64,000 nt of DNA, from contig JBDHXR010000001.1 of the NCBI GenBank assembly GCA_039810825.1, positions 10,486 through 74,485 of the forward strand, written 5' to 3'. How positions within the stretch are numbered: the stretch's first letter is position 1; the number at the start of each line of letters is the position of its first letter. This stretch comes from Fluviicola sp. GTDB taxonomy: Bacteria > Bacteroidota > Bacteroidia > Flavobacteriales_D > Crocinitomicaceae. Below, piece after piece: positions 21,401 through 30,143 of this stretch. The notes under the pieces were generated by a model. It ran no database searches. It saw only the letters and a list, made by a program, of their open reading frames with translations, and was not told where the DNA came from. Made by a program: the position numbers and the translations under genes.

Positions 21401-23936
21401 TAGAAGCATCATTTAATCCTGTTGCTGGTACCCAATTGTATGAAACTCCACCATTTACAAACAGTTGACCGGTGCTACCTTGACAAATATTAACATTGCT
21501 GCTCACACTTGAAATAGGCTGAGGAAATATCGATACTGCAATACTTGCAGAGTTTTGACATCCATTAGCATCAGTTACAGTTACCGAATATGTTCCTTGA
21601 GCACTTACTGTAATTGAAGGCGTGTACTCATTGGTATTCCATGCGTAAGCATTTGCTGGTGAAACACATGTTAACTGCACGTTTCCACCTGAACAAAATG
21701 ATGTTGGTCCGTTTGCCGTGATTACTGGAGTTGCTGGTTTCGGATTAACAATTACTTGAACAGTGTCCGTTCCTAAACATAAGCCATTTGATACAGTGAC
21801 AACAAAAGTGCCAGATGAAGCTACTGTGATGCTTTGAGTTGTGGCTCCATTATTCCAATTATACGATACTGAACCACTTGCAGCAGTAAGAACTACGTTT
21901 CCTCCTTGACAAAAGGTGAGAGGTCCATTTGCTGTAATATTCGCATTGTAGTAACTTATTTTCACTTCTGTAAAAGCTGAAAAAGCTCCACACCCATTAT
22001 TATCTACGGCATAAACCCTGAAAAATCCACTTGTATCGGCAGAAAACGTTTGCCCTGTTCCTACGATTGCACCTCCTTTGAACCAAGTATAAGTTGAAAA
22101 GCCACTACCAGCTGTTAACGTTACTTGATCTCCAGGACAGATTTGTTGCATGGTATTTGGCGTAATGGATACAATAGGTTGCGAAACACATGGCTGAACT
22201 TTAAGAACAGTTTTAAAAGTTGGCCCCCAGATTCCATTTGCGTCACAAGCACGAATATTTAACACATGTAAACCTGTATCTGGAAGGAATGACCATGTTT
22301 TTTGTAAGTTTTCAATAGCATCGTCAAAATTTCCGTCAAATGCTAACATTGAAGTCCCCGAACCTTGACCAGGATCTACATCAAAATAAAACTCCGCTTG
22401 CTGCACTTTAATATTGCGTAATGCTAAAGGCGTTGTTAGATTAACAGTGGTTCGAAATACTGGACCCCAATTGTTTTGAATATCCTTTACACGAATATTT
22501 AACAAGTGAATTCCGAATGAAGGAAGAGATGATAAATTGGAAGTCAAAGCCTCAATGGCGTCGTTAAAGTTTCCATCAAATGCTAATACTGTAGTACCGT
22601 TTCCTTGCCCAGGGTCAGTATCCCAAAACAATTCAGCGCTAGAAATTTTAGGCAAGCGCACAACAAGTGGCGAAGTGATGTTAACAGTTGTTTTGAAAAC
22701 TGGTCCCCAGTTATTGGATTGGTCTTTCACCCGAATATTTAGGCTATGAACACCAATTGCCGGAAGAGATGATAAACTGGAAGTCAAAGCCTCAATGGCA
22801 TCGTTAAAGTTTCCATCAAATGCTAAAACTGTAGTACCGTTTCCTTGTCCAGGGTCAGTATCCCAAAACAATTCAGCACTAGAAATTTTTGGCAAGCGTA
22901 CAACAAGTGGAGAGGTAATGTTAACAGTTGTTTTGAAAACAGGTCCCCACGTATTTAATTGGTCTTTCACCCGAATATTTAGTGAGTGAACACCAACAGC
23001 AGGAAGGGTTGCAAGGTTTGAAGTCAAAGCCTCAATGGCGCTGTTGAAGTTTCCATCAAAAGCTAAAACTGTTGTTCCATTCCCTTGCCCAGGGTCAGTA
23101 TCCCAAAACAATTCAGCACTAGAAATTTTAGGCAAGCGCACAACAAGTGGCGAAGTGATGTTAACAGTTGTTTTGAAAACTGGTCCCCAGTTATTGGATT
23201 GGTCTTTCACCCGAATATTTAGGCTATGAACACCAACAGCAGGAAGCGTTGACAAATTGGAAGTCAAAGCCTCAATGGCATCGTTAAAGTTTCCATCAAA
23301 TGCTAAAACTGTAGTACCGTTTCCTTGTCCAGGGTCAGTATCCCAAAACAATTCAGCACTAGAAATTTTAGGTAAGCGCACAACAAGCTGTGAGGTGATG
23401 TTAACAGCTGTTTTGAAAACAGGCCCCCAATTATTTAATTGGTCTTTCACTCGAATATTTAATGAGTGAACACCAACAGCAGGAAGCGTTGACAAATTGG
23501 AAGTCAAAACTTCAATGGCATCGTTGAAGTTTCCATCAAAAGCCAACATCGAAGTACCATTTCCTAGACCTGGATCAGTGTCCCAAAACAGTTCAGCTTG
23601 TTGCACATTTACGGAACGAAAAATCAATGGAGAAGAAGCGTAGAAAATCGTTTTAAAAACAGGTCCCCAATTATTTAAATCGTCTTTTACACGAATATTG
23701 AAACTATGAATTCCAACAGAACCAACGCTGATTCCGTTTTTAAACAATGCTTCCACAGCATCATCTAAGCTTCCATCCGAAGCACTCACTGATATCCCCA
23801 TCCCAAGACCAGGATCAGTGTCGATGAAATACTCTGCTTGTTGAATTTTTCGTTGAGAGATAGCAAAAGAACTCATCAACAGAAAAAAACATACAAGCAA
23901 AGGGATTGGATTTAATAACCGTTGTTTCATATTCAA
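18420..23936 (-). CDS. 1838-aa T9SS type A cargo with 7 DTDPG repeats and about 14 Ig-like repeats (adhesin/scaffold-like)
   Basis: Signal peptide; seven 80-aa AE(L/Y/F)F(W/I)DTDPG repeats; four Ig-like units, then ten WxGP Ig-like units; C-terminal LYPNPAT..GVYFVEI..RKLVINR sorting domain. Confidence 0.9.
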   Translation of the reverse strand: MNMKQRLLNPIPLLVCFFLLMSSFAISQRKIQQAEYFIDTDPGLGMGISVSASDGSLDDAVEALFKNGISVGSVGIHSFNIRVKDDLNNWGPVFKTIFYASSPLIFRSVNVQQAELFWDTDPGLGNGTSMLAFDGNFNDAIEVLTSNLSTLPAVGVHSLNIRVKDQLNNWGPVFKTAVNITSQLVVRLPKISSAELFWDTDPGQGNGTTVLAFDGNFNDAIEALTSNLSTLPAVGVHSLNIRVKDQSNNWGPVFKTTVNITSPLVVRLPKISSAELFWDTDPGQGNGTTVLAFDGNFNSAIEALTSNLATLPAVGVHSLNIRVKDQLNTWGPVFKTTVNITSPLVVRLPKISSAELFWDTDPGQGNGTTVLAFDGNFNDAIEALTSSLSSLPAIGVHSLNIRVKDQSNNWGPVFKTTVNITSPLVVRLPKISSAELFWDTDPGQGNGTTVLAFDGNFNDAIEALTSNLSSLPSFGIHLLNIRVKDIQNNWGPVFRTTVNLTTPLALRNIKVQQAEFYFDVDPGQGSGTSMLAFDGNFDDAIENLQKTWSFLPDTGLHVLNIRACDANGIWGPTFKTVLKVQPCVSQPIVSITPNTMQQICPGDQVTLTAGSGFSTYTWFKGGAIVGTGQTFSADTSGFFRVYAVDNNGCGAFSAFTEVKISYYNANITANGPLTFCQGGNVVLTAASGSVSYNWNNGATTQSITVASSGTFVVTVSNGLCLGTDTVQVIVNPKPATPVITANGPTSFCSGGNVQLTCVSPANAYAWNTNEYTPSITVSAQGTYSVTVTDANGCQNSASIAVSIFPQPISSVSSNVNICQGSTGQLFVNGGVSYNWVPATGLNDASISNPIANPSTSTSYKVYVTGLGGCVDSAIVNVIVNPAPTVTASASASVLCGGDNLTLTASPAGASSYSWSGPNGYYSAQQNPTINSVSGIHTGTYTVTANYPSGCSNTAYVSVTVNPAPTAFATANKTSLCVGENLSFSALPNGMSYSWTGPNGFASTDQNPVITGVNGSNQGTYYLTVSNGSCSSTTSLVIQVAGSLSVTASSNASNLCAGNTLGLTAAANGASAFSWTGPNGFTSTVQNPSIVSVLGIHTGTYTVVATNSAGCTVSSSVSITVLPSPTAFASASSINLCSGETLQLTALPNGMSSYTWSGPNGFNSSLQNPSITNVTGVNQGTYSLTISDGVCSSSNSIVIAVNASPTIVANANATDICEGGVLNLFATPSGGTSYTWSGPSGYSSSNQNPTISNVNGTNSGKYIVTVVNATGCTAKDSIVLTVHPSITADAQANSINICEGQALSLTGLPSNMVSYTWSGPNGFNSTSQNPIITNVTSLNQGKYFVSLTDGICSSLDSISIAVKPSPSVAISTTSSTLCEGSTLAFTTTTNNGTSFSWVGPNSYTSTDQNPSISNITMANAGQYTVTTTNVDGCSASTNVMISVSPLPAVFASVNSPSLCENETLILSSLPNGMATYDWIGPGGYSISAQNPQISNVTGSNQGVYTVTVNDGICSASASVTVTISSLPVVNATANANNLCEGSVLNLFANPSGAASYEWSGPSAFVSTLQNPTLSAVTMANQGVYTVTAYNAAGCSASNQITISVTPGITAVISGNSPICEKSDIQLNGFPNAMSSYQWTGPNGFTSTDQNPVIPASGIINAGVYNLTVNSGVCSATSSYNVVVKPAPDVSVNQVGSVLNAVQNSADYQWLNCDNAFAPIVGETFQTFTANTNANYAVTVIFDGCVDTSACFSVTGLGIDEANLNDWLLYPNPATNSVTISNAPFDSDLRILDVSGNLVYDSKIDSNQVNVNVSLLADGVYFVEIISQEIASQRKLVINR
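18890..21290 (-). repeat. Ten diverged ~80-aa Ig-like coding repeats
   Basis: Recurring (L/I)CxGxxLxL..YxWxGPxG(F/Y)..QNPxI..G.Y..T...G.CS pattern. Confidence 0.85.
22176..23849 (-). repeat. Seven in-frame 240-bp tandem coding repeats
   Basis: TCCCAAAACA recurs at 22621, 22861, 23101, 23341 and 23581 (240-bp period); the outer two units are more diverged. Confidence 0.95.
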
Positions 23937-23972
23937 AAGATTTTAATTGTATAATCAAACTACTTTTGAATA

Positions 23973-25262
23973 TTAACGGTCAAATGAATTTGCTCTAATT
24001 TTCAATGTACCACTTTGAAGAATAGTTCGTGGAGCATTCACAAAATACACACGCGCTGAACCATTAATAGGGTAGAAATTATCCAACGTAAAGGATCCAC
24101 CATAACATCCTGCATCATTGATAGTCAAATCAATATCGTAGTAAGTGAAATCTGGATATCCGCCATTGATAGCGTCAGAACCTACGTTAGGCTTTCCAGT
24201 AGTTGTATTTACTGTAGTATTTGAGCTAAAAGTATTGGTTCCATCGTCTACGATATTATACAAAGTACTGCTGTTATTGATGAAATTATATGAGCAAGAA
24301 ATTACAGCGCTACCATAATAATTTCGAATAGCCTGATGTGTACCTCCTGAAGTTAATAACAAATTATTCAGAACGTCTATGCTGCAATTTGGCACACTGT
24401 TTACAAGAATCTCAACTGGGTAAAACGTAGATGAATAAGTTGTAGTAGAATACATCGTGTTATTTATTACCTTATTGGAAGCTATTGCAGAGTTTTTTGC
24501 GCCATTAATTGAAATTCCAGAATGTTGATAATTTGAATTATAATTTTGGAATCCATAGTTGTTACTGATGTTAAAAAATTGAGAACCGCTTGCCCAATAA
24601 ATAAAGTTTGCATAATAATATCCTGTCGCACTCATTTTATTGCCCACAATATTCAAGGTGTCATTTGTAGGTACTACATCTGAATACACATAAATCAAAG
24701 ATTTATAGTACGTACCAGCATTGTATGTAGAACCTACTGCTGTAGCATTAATGCTATTGCCAATAATATTTCCATAACGTATAGCTACATACCCATCACT
24801 AAGGATATTTGATGCCACATTTGAAGATAAATAATCTTTATTCAAATCGATGTAGCCATTCAAAAGTTCACAATTCATAATGTTTATTTCACAACGAGCA
24901 CCCACTGGGCTGTTTGCAGATGCAGAAATATATCCTGTAGTATTCTTCATGTGTAAAATAGAGATTTTACGGCTAATAGCGGGAGTAATTGAAATGTTCC
25001 CAGTCATCACCCACATAGTGCCCTCTACATTAGAGAGAAGTTGAATAGATTTAGTAATGGTTAAATTTTCAGCATAAGATGCACCACCAGATTTTGGTTG
25101 TATGAGAATACGGTCTCCATCACTTGCTGCATTAATAGCTGCAGTAATTGTAGGATAACAACCTCCTGATCCTGATTCATTTACACATAAGTCAGCAGCG
25201 TTAAGATTTGCCACCAAAAAGAAGCTAGAAGCTAGCCCTAAAAGTACTTTTCTTGTTTTCAT
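23973..25262 (-). CDS. Secreted Asn-rich protein, probable right-handed beta-helix
   Basis: Signal peptide; TITAAINAASDGDRILI..YAENLTI pectin-lyase-like cap; repeated NN/GN ladders; DAGCYGG; 36 bp upstream of the giant gene. Confidence 0.65.
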   Translation of the reverse strand: MKTRKVLLGLASSFFLVANLNAADLCVNESGSGGCYPTITAAINAASDGDRILIQPKSGGASYAENLTITKSIQLLSNVEGTMWVMTGNISITPAISRKISILHMKNTTGYISASANSPVGARCEINIMNCELLNGYIDLNKDYLSSNVASNILSDGYVAIRYGNIIGNSINATAVGSTYNAGTYYKSLIYVYSDVVPTNDTLNIVGNKMSATGYYYANFIYWASGSQFFNISNNYGFQNYNSNYQHSGISINGAKNSAIASNKVINNTMYSTTTYSSTFYPVEILVNSVPNCSIDVLNNLLLTSGGTHQAIRNYYGSAVISCSYNFINNSSTLYNIVDDGTNTFSSNTTVNTTTGKPNVGSDAINGGYPDFTYYDIDLTINDAGCYGGSFTLDNFYPINGSARVYFVNAPRTILQSGTLKIRANSFDR

Positions 25263-25476
25263 AGTTATAAAAATTAATTAACGAAATTATGAGATACTAA
25301 GACATTAAGGAATAGGTATTTATACCTAGTCATTAATCTCCATATCACAGACAAAAGAAAACAGATTACAATGAATCTGAAATACGGCATACTACGTATT
25401 CTGCAAATGTTAGATTGTAATGTCTTTATCATTTAATTCTTACCTCGATTATAAAGTTTGATTACGGTTCTTTTTC

Positions 25477-25484
25477 TACTTTTG
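25477..25484 (+). promoter_or_regulatory. Bacteroidota -7 promoter element of metG
   Basis: TACTTTTG matches TAnnTTTG; TTTG at 25457-25460; ATG follows after 4 nt. Confidence 0.65.
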
Positions 25485-25488
25485 TACC

Positions 25489-27546
25489 ATGGAAAAATCT
25501 AAATACACCGTAACTGCGGCGTTGCCTTATGCCAATGGTCCATTGCACTTAGGTCACGTTGCTGGAGTTTATTTACCAGCAGACATCTTTGTAAGGTTTT
25601 TAAGAGCAAACAACCATGATGTTGCCTTTATTTGTGGTTCTGATGAACATGGTGCGGCAATCACTTTACGCGCTAAAAAAGAGGGAATTACTCCGCAAGA
25701 AATTGTAGATAAATACCATAAGATAATAGGCGATTCATTTAAGAAATTTGATATTTCATTCGATATTTTTCACCGGACATCTGAAAAAATTCATATCGAA
25801 ACGGCTCAAGATTTTTTCAAAGTATTAGAGAAAAACGGAAAATTTATTGAAGAAACAACCGAGCAATATTATGACGAAGAATTTCAACAGTTTTTGGCAG
25901 ACAGATACATTACCGGAGATTGCCCGAATTGTGGAAATAGTGGAGCATACGGAGATCAATGTGAAAAATGCGGCTCTGCGCTTTCGCCAACGGAATTAAA
26001 GAATCCAATTTCCACTTTAAGCAGTAAAACTCCTGTATTAAAAAGTACATCACATTGGTTTTTACCAATGGACAAGCATGAAGAATGGCTACGTCCATGG
26101 ATTAAAGAAGGAATTTTGGATGGAATCAAGCAACACGATCCTAAATTTTGGAGAAATCAAGTAATTGGTCAGTGCTTGAGTTGGATTGATGGAGGATTAA
26201 GACCACGTGCCATGACGCGCGATTTGGATTGGGGCGTTCCTGTTCCTTTGCCTAATGCAGAAGGTAAAGTTTTATATGTTTGGCTTGACGCACCTATTGG
26301 CTATATCTCGGCAACTAAACAATGGGCTATTGACAATGGCAAAGACTGGAAAGATTATTGGTGCAACAACGAAAGAAAATTGGTCCATTTTATTGGAAAA
26401 GACAACATTGTTTTTCATGCAATTATTTTTCCAATATTGCTAAAAGATCACGGGGGTTTTATTTTACCCGATAATGTTCCGGCTTATGAGTTTTTAAACC
26501 TAGAAGGAGATAAATTTTCAACTTCCAGAAATTGGGCAGTTTGGTTGCATGAGTACTTGGAGAAATATCCAGATAAAATTGATGAATTAAAATATACATT
26601 AACAGCAATAGCTCCGGAAACCAAAGATGCTGAATTCACTTGGAAGGAATACCAATCTCGAGTAAACAACGAACTGGCAGATATCTTAGGAAATTTTGTA
26701 AACAGAGCTTTGGTGCTTTCTCAAAAATACTACACCGGCAAGGTTCCTGCAAGTGGGAGTTTTACTGAGGAAGATCAATATGTATTGAATGAAATGAAGG
26801 CTATTCCATCTCGTATTGCCACTTTAATCTATCAATACAAGCTACGTGATGCACAAACTGAAGCGATGCTTTTAGCAAGAGTTGGCAATAAATATCTTGC
26901 TGATAATGAACCGTGGAAATTAGTAAAGACAGACCCAAAACGTGTAGAAACAATTATGCACGTTGCGTTGCAAATAACGGCAAATTTAGGCTTGGTATTA
27001 GATCCCTTTCTACCTGAAACTGCAAAAAAAATTCGCGGATTTATGAATATTGAAAATAAACCGTGGTCGGCGTGTGGTGATTTACTGTTAAAAGAAGGAC
27101 ATACTATCAATGAGCCTGTTATATTGTTTCAAAAGATTGACGATGACTTTGTGAACAGAGAAGTTGAGTTATTGCATGCGTCACAACCTGTTAATGTATC
27201 TAATTTCAAAGCTCAGAAAGAGGAAACATCATTTGATGATTTCTCAAAAATGGATATACGCTTGGGGACAATTCTTGAAGCTATTCGGGTTCCAAAGGCA
27301 GATAAACTATTGCAGCTTACTGTTGATACAGGAATTGATACTCGTACAATTGTTTCAGGGATCGCAGAGCATTACCAACCCGAAGAAATTGTAGGTAAAA
27401 CAGTGGCTGTATTGATGAATTTAGCTCCAAGAAAAATAAGAGGAGTAGAGTCTCAAGGGATGATATTAATGGCAGAGGATGCAGAAGGAAAACTAAGTTT
27501 TATGGTGCCTGAAAAAACATTTAGCGCGGGCGGAGAAATCAGATAG
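25489..27546 (+). CDS. metG: Methionine--tRNA ligase
   Basis: ALPYANGPLHLGH, CPNC..CEKC zinc knuckle, YVWLDAPIGY, KFSTS, C-terminal tRNA-binding domain. Confidence 0.97.
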   Translation: MEKSKYTVTAALPYANGPLHLGHVAGVYLPADIFVRFLRANNHDVAFICGSDEHGAAITLRAKKEGITPQEIVDKYHKIIGDSFKKFDISFDIFHRTSEKIHIETAQDFFKVLEKNGKFIEETTEQYYDEEFQQFLADRYITGDCPNCGNSGAYGDQCEKCGSALSPTELKNPISTLSSKTPVLKSTSHWFLPMDKHEEWLRPWIKEGILDGIKQHDPKFWRNQVIGQCLSWIDGGLRPRAMTRDLDWGVPVPLPNAEGKVLYVWLDAPIGYISATKQWAIDNGKDWKDYWCNNERKLVHFIGKDNIVFHAIIFPILLKDHGGFILPDNVPAYEFLNLEGDKFSTSRNWAVWLHEYLEKYPDKIDELKYTLTAIAPETKDAEFTWKEYQSRVNNELADILGNFVNRALVLSQKYYTGKVPASGSFTEEDQYVLNEMKAIPSRIATLIYQYKLRDAQTEAMLLARVGNKYLADNEPWKLVKTDPKRVETIMHVALQITANLGLVLDPFLPETAKKIRGFMNIENKPWSACGDLLLKEGHTINEPVILFQKIDDDFVNREVELLHASQPVNVSNFKAQKEETSFDDFSKMDIRLGTILEAIRVPKADKLLQLTVDTGIDTRTIVSGIAEHYQPEEIVGKTVAVLMNLAPRKIRGVESQGMILMAEDAEGKLSFMVPEKTFSAGGEIR

Positions 27547-27593
27547 TTTGAATTCTATTTTACAGTTAAATAGTTGTGAAATAAATTCTAACC

Positions 27594-27624
27594 TTTGAAA
27601 TTCAGTATTGATACAGTATTTTTG
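27594..27624 (+). promoter_or_regulatory. Bacteroidota housekeeping promoter (-33/-7) of the ClC gene
   Basis: TTTG (27594-27597), 19-bp spacer, TATTTTTG (27617-27624) matches the consensus. Confidence 0.7.
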
Positions 27625-27645
27625 TGAAAAATTCACAGAAAATTC

Positions 27646-28923
27646 ATGCAAGAGAGGAAAAAAATAATTGTCTACAATGAAGCAAAATTGATAATTATTT
27701 CCTCGTTTATTTCTTTATTCTGTTGTGTTCTTGCATATTCTTTAAAGCTAATTACAGAGTATGCTCAACATCATTTCAGAGAAATAGCAAGCAGTAATAT
27801 TACCTGGTTTTTGCTGTTTCCAACGATTGGAATTACCATTATTTATTTTTTTCGCAAACACCTGTTTCACAATAGAAAAAATAAAGGAATTGCAGAAATT
27901 TACAAAACATTAGACTTAAGGAAAGATCATTTGCCTTTGTTCAAAGTTCCTTCTCACTACATCAATGGGTTTTTCACAGTCATCTTTGGTGGTTCAACAG
28001 GAATTGAAGTTTCAACAGTTGTAGCAACTGCAACACTTGGCAATGAAGCTTACAAAGTTGATTTTTCTGCTAAAATGTATAAACGTGAACTGATAAGCGC
28101 AGCAGTGGTTGCAGGAGTTGCAGTTTTGTTTCAAAGCCCTATCGCAGGGTTTTTATTTGCCGTGGAAGCAATTGCTCGAAAATTCAATAAATATCTAGTT
28201 TTAAGTTGTGGCGCTTCTGCATTAGTAGCTTGGGGATTTATTTCTATTTTTAAAAGTGAATCTATCTTCCCGTTTCATGTACAAACATGGTCTTGGCAAG
28301 CGTTGCCATTTTTTGTTATGTTAAGTCTTTTTGGTTCTCTGCTTTCCATATATTTTACCTTACTCGTCATTAAAATCAAAGAGTTTTCACTAAAAATTAG
28401 AGGACCTTACCTTCGATTGCTTATTGGAACGATACTCATTGGAATTTCTTTATATTGCTTTCCTTTTTTATATGGCGACAGCTATCATGGCACGAATGGT
28501 TTGTTGCAAAAAATTGCCGACAACAGCACTGTTTCTATTTCATTGCTTACTATTTTAGTGTTCTCAAAACCCTTGGTTGCGGCGTTAACATTGGGAGCAG
28601 GAGGTGATGGAGGCGTATTTGCACCTAGTATTGTAGCTGGAGCCGTACTTGGAATTCTGTTTGCACAACTTTCAAACCATTATTTTGGCACATCGCTTAT
28701 TCCTGTTAACTTTGCGCTAGCTGGTGCTGCTGCCACGTTATCTCCATCAATATCTGCACCGTTCACAACCTTTATTTTGGTTTGTAATTTAGTTCCAAAC
28801 GGATTTGTATTGTTCTTTCCAATTTTGTTAAGCAGTTTTATTGGGCAGAAATTTGCACGTTTTTTATTGCCTTACAATGTTTATTCCTATACAGGTCGTG
28901 CCAATGGAAAGCCTCAAGATTAA
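27646..28923 (+). CDS. ClC-family chloride channel/transporter without CBS domains
   Basis: GGSTGIE, AGVAVLFQSPIAG, LGAGGDGGVFAPS; many TM helices. Confidence 0.85.
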   Translation: MQERKKIIVYNEAKLIIISSFISLFCCVLAYSLKLITEYAQHHFREIASSNITWFLLFPTIGITIIYFFRKHLFHNRKNKGIAEIYKTLDLRKDHLPLFKVPSHYINGFFTVIFGGSTGIEVSTVVATATLGNEAYKVDFSAKMYKRELISAAVVAGVAVLFQSPIAGFLFAVEAIARKFNKYLVLSCGASALVAWGFISIFKSESIFPFHVQTWSWQALPFFVMLSLFGSLLSIYFTLLVIKIKEFSLKIRGPYLRLLIGTILIGISLYCFPFLYGDSYHGTNGLLQKIADNSTVSISLLTILVFSKPLVAALTLGAGGDGGVFAPSIVAGAVLGILFAQLSNHYFGTSLIPVNFALAGAAATLSPSISAPFTTFILVCNLVPNGFVLFFPILLSSFIGQKFARFLLPYNVYSYTGRANGKPQD

Positions 28924-28985
28924 TTGTAGATTCCAAAGAGTTAATCGATTTTTATCCTAGCTTTGCAAAACTTAAATCGAATGCT

Positions 28986-30143
28986 TTGAACAATTTTTGT
29001 ATCCTTATTCCAACGTATAACAATGAAAAAACACTATTACGTGTGTTGGAAGAAGTACAGTTGCACGAACCTTCAATACCAGTGATTGTTGTAAACGATG
29101 GGTCCACAGATTCAACAGCAAATTTACTAGCGAAGGTATCGGATAAGGTGTTAATTCTTAGCAACTCAGTAAATAAAGGGAAAGGGTATTCTTTGCGAAA
29201 AGGCTTTTCTCAAGCAATACAATTAGGCTATACTCACGTCATTACGATGGATTCAGATGGGCAACACTTTGCAGAAGATATAGCCAAGCTAAAAATTATG
29301 TCTCAGCAAAACCCGGATGCAGTAATCATGGGGTCAAGAAACATGGAACAAAACGATGTGCCAGGTAAAAGCTCATTTGGTAATAAGTTTTCAAATTTTT
29401 GGTTCAAGGTAGAAACTGCTATTTCCTTGCCAGACACTCAAACAGGTTTTCGAATTTATCCGCTTCAAACAGTAAGGAAATTGTGGTTAATTACTAGGCG
29501 TTTTGAGCTGGAAATTGAAGTTATCGTAAAATTAGCATGGAGATTTGTTCCTTTCATAGCTGTTCCTATTCAAGTAAAATATGACCCTACTGAACGCGTT
29601 TCTCACTTTAGACCTTTCCAAGACTTTACAAGAATCAGTATACTAAACACCTTTTTGGTATTGATTGCTTTAGTGTGGTATTACCCTCGTAAACTGTTTC
29701 GCTTGCCACTTTGGGAAATTATTAAGCATGAAACTGTAAAACCGCAAGAAAGTAATTTGAGAAAATCCATTTCATTGGCATTTGGTGTGTTTATGGGAAT
29801 TGTCCCTCTTTGGGGCTTTCAGCTGCTTATAGGAATTCCGTTAGCTATTTTATTTCGATTGAATAAAGTATTGTTTATTGCTGCAGCAAATATTTCGATT
29901 CCGCCAATGATTCCTTTTATTCTTGCTGGAAGCTATATGTGCGGACAATTCTTTTTGCAAGGGAACATCGATGTAGATAAATTAACGAACTTGACTTTGG
30001 AATCCATTCAACGAAATCTGTATTTCTATTTAGTTGGAGCCGTTATTTTCGCAATCATTTCTGCAATAATTACCTTTGTGATAAGTTTTGGGCTATTCAA
30101 AATATTTCGAAAAGCTAATACTGAACACACGTTGAATAATTAG
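28986..30143 (+). CDS. GT2 glycosyltransferase fused to a DUF2062 membrane domain
   Basis: ILIPTYNN, VVNDGSTD, NKGKG, TMDSDGQH, DTQTGFRIYP; C-terminal SLAFGVFMGIVPLWG..NISIPPMIP. Confidence 0.85.
   Translation: MNNFCILIPTYNNEKTLLRVLEEVQLHEPSIPVIVVNDGSTDSTANLLAKVSDKVLILSNSVNKGKGYSLRKGFSQAIQLGYTHVITMDSDGQHFAEDIAKLKIMSQQNPDAVIMGSRNMEQNDVPGKSSFGNKFSNFWFKVETAISLPDTQTGFRIYPLQTVRKLWLITRRFELEIEVIVKLAWRFVPFIAVPIQVKYDPTERVSHFRPFQDFTRISILNTFLVLIALVWYYPRKLFRLPLWEIIKHETVKPQESNLRKSISLAFGVFMGIVPLWGFQLLIGIPLAILFRLNKVLFIAAANISIPPMIPFILAGSYMCGQFFLQGNIDVDKLTNLTLESIQRNLYFYLVGAVIFAIISAIITFVISFGLFKIFRKANTEHTLNN

Noticed and set aside
22176-23849. Tandem repeats as a CRISPR array or mobile element
   Set aside because: Units are 240 bp, in frame and protein-coding, with no unique spacers, cas genes or transposase.
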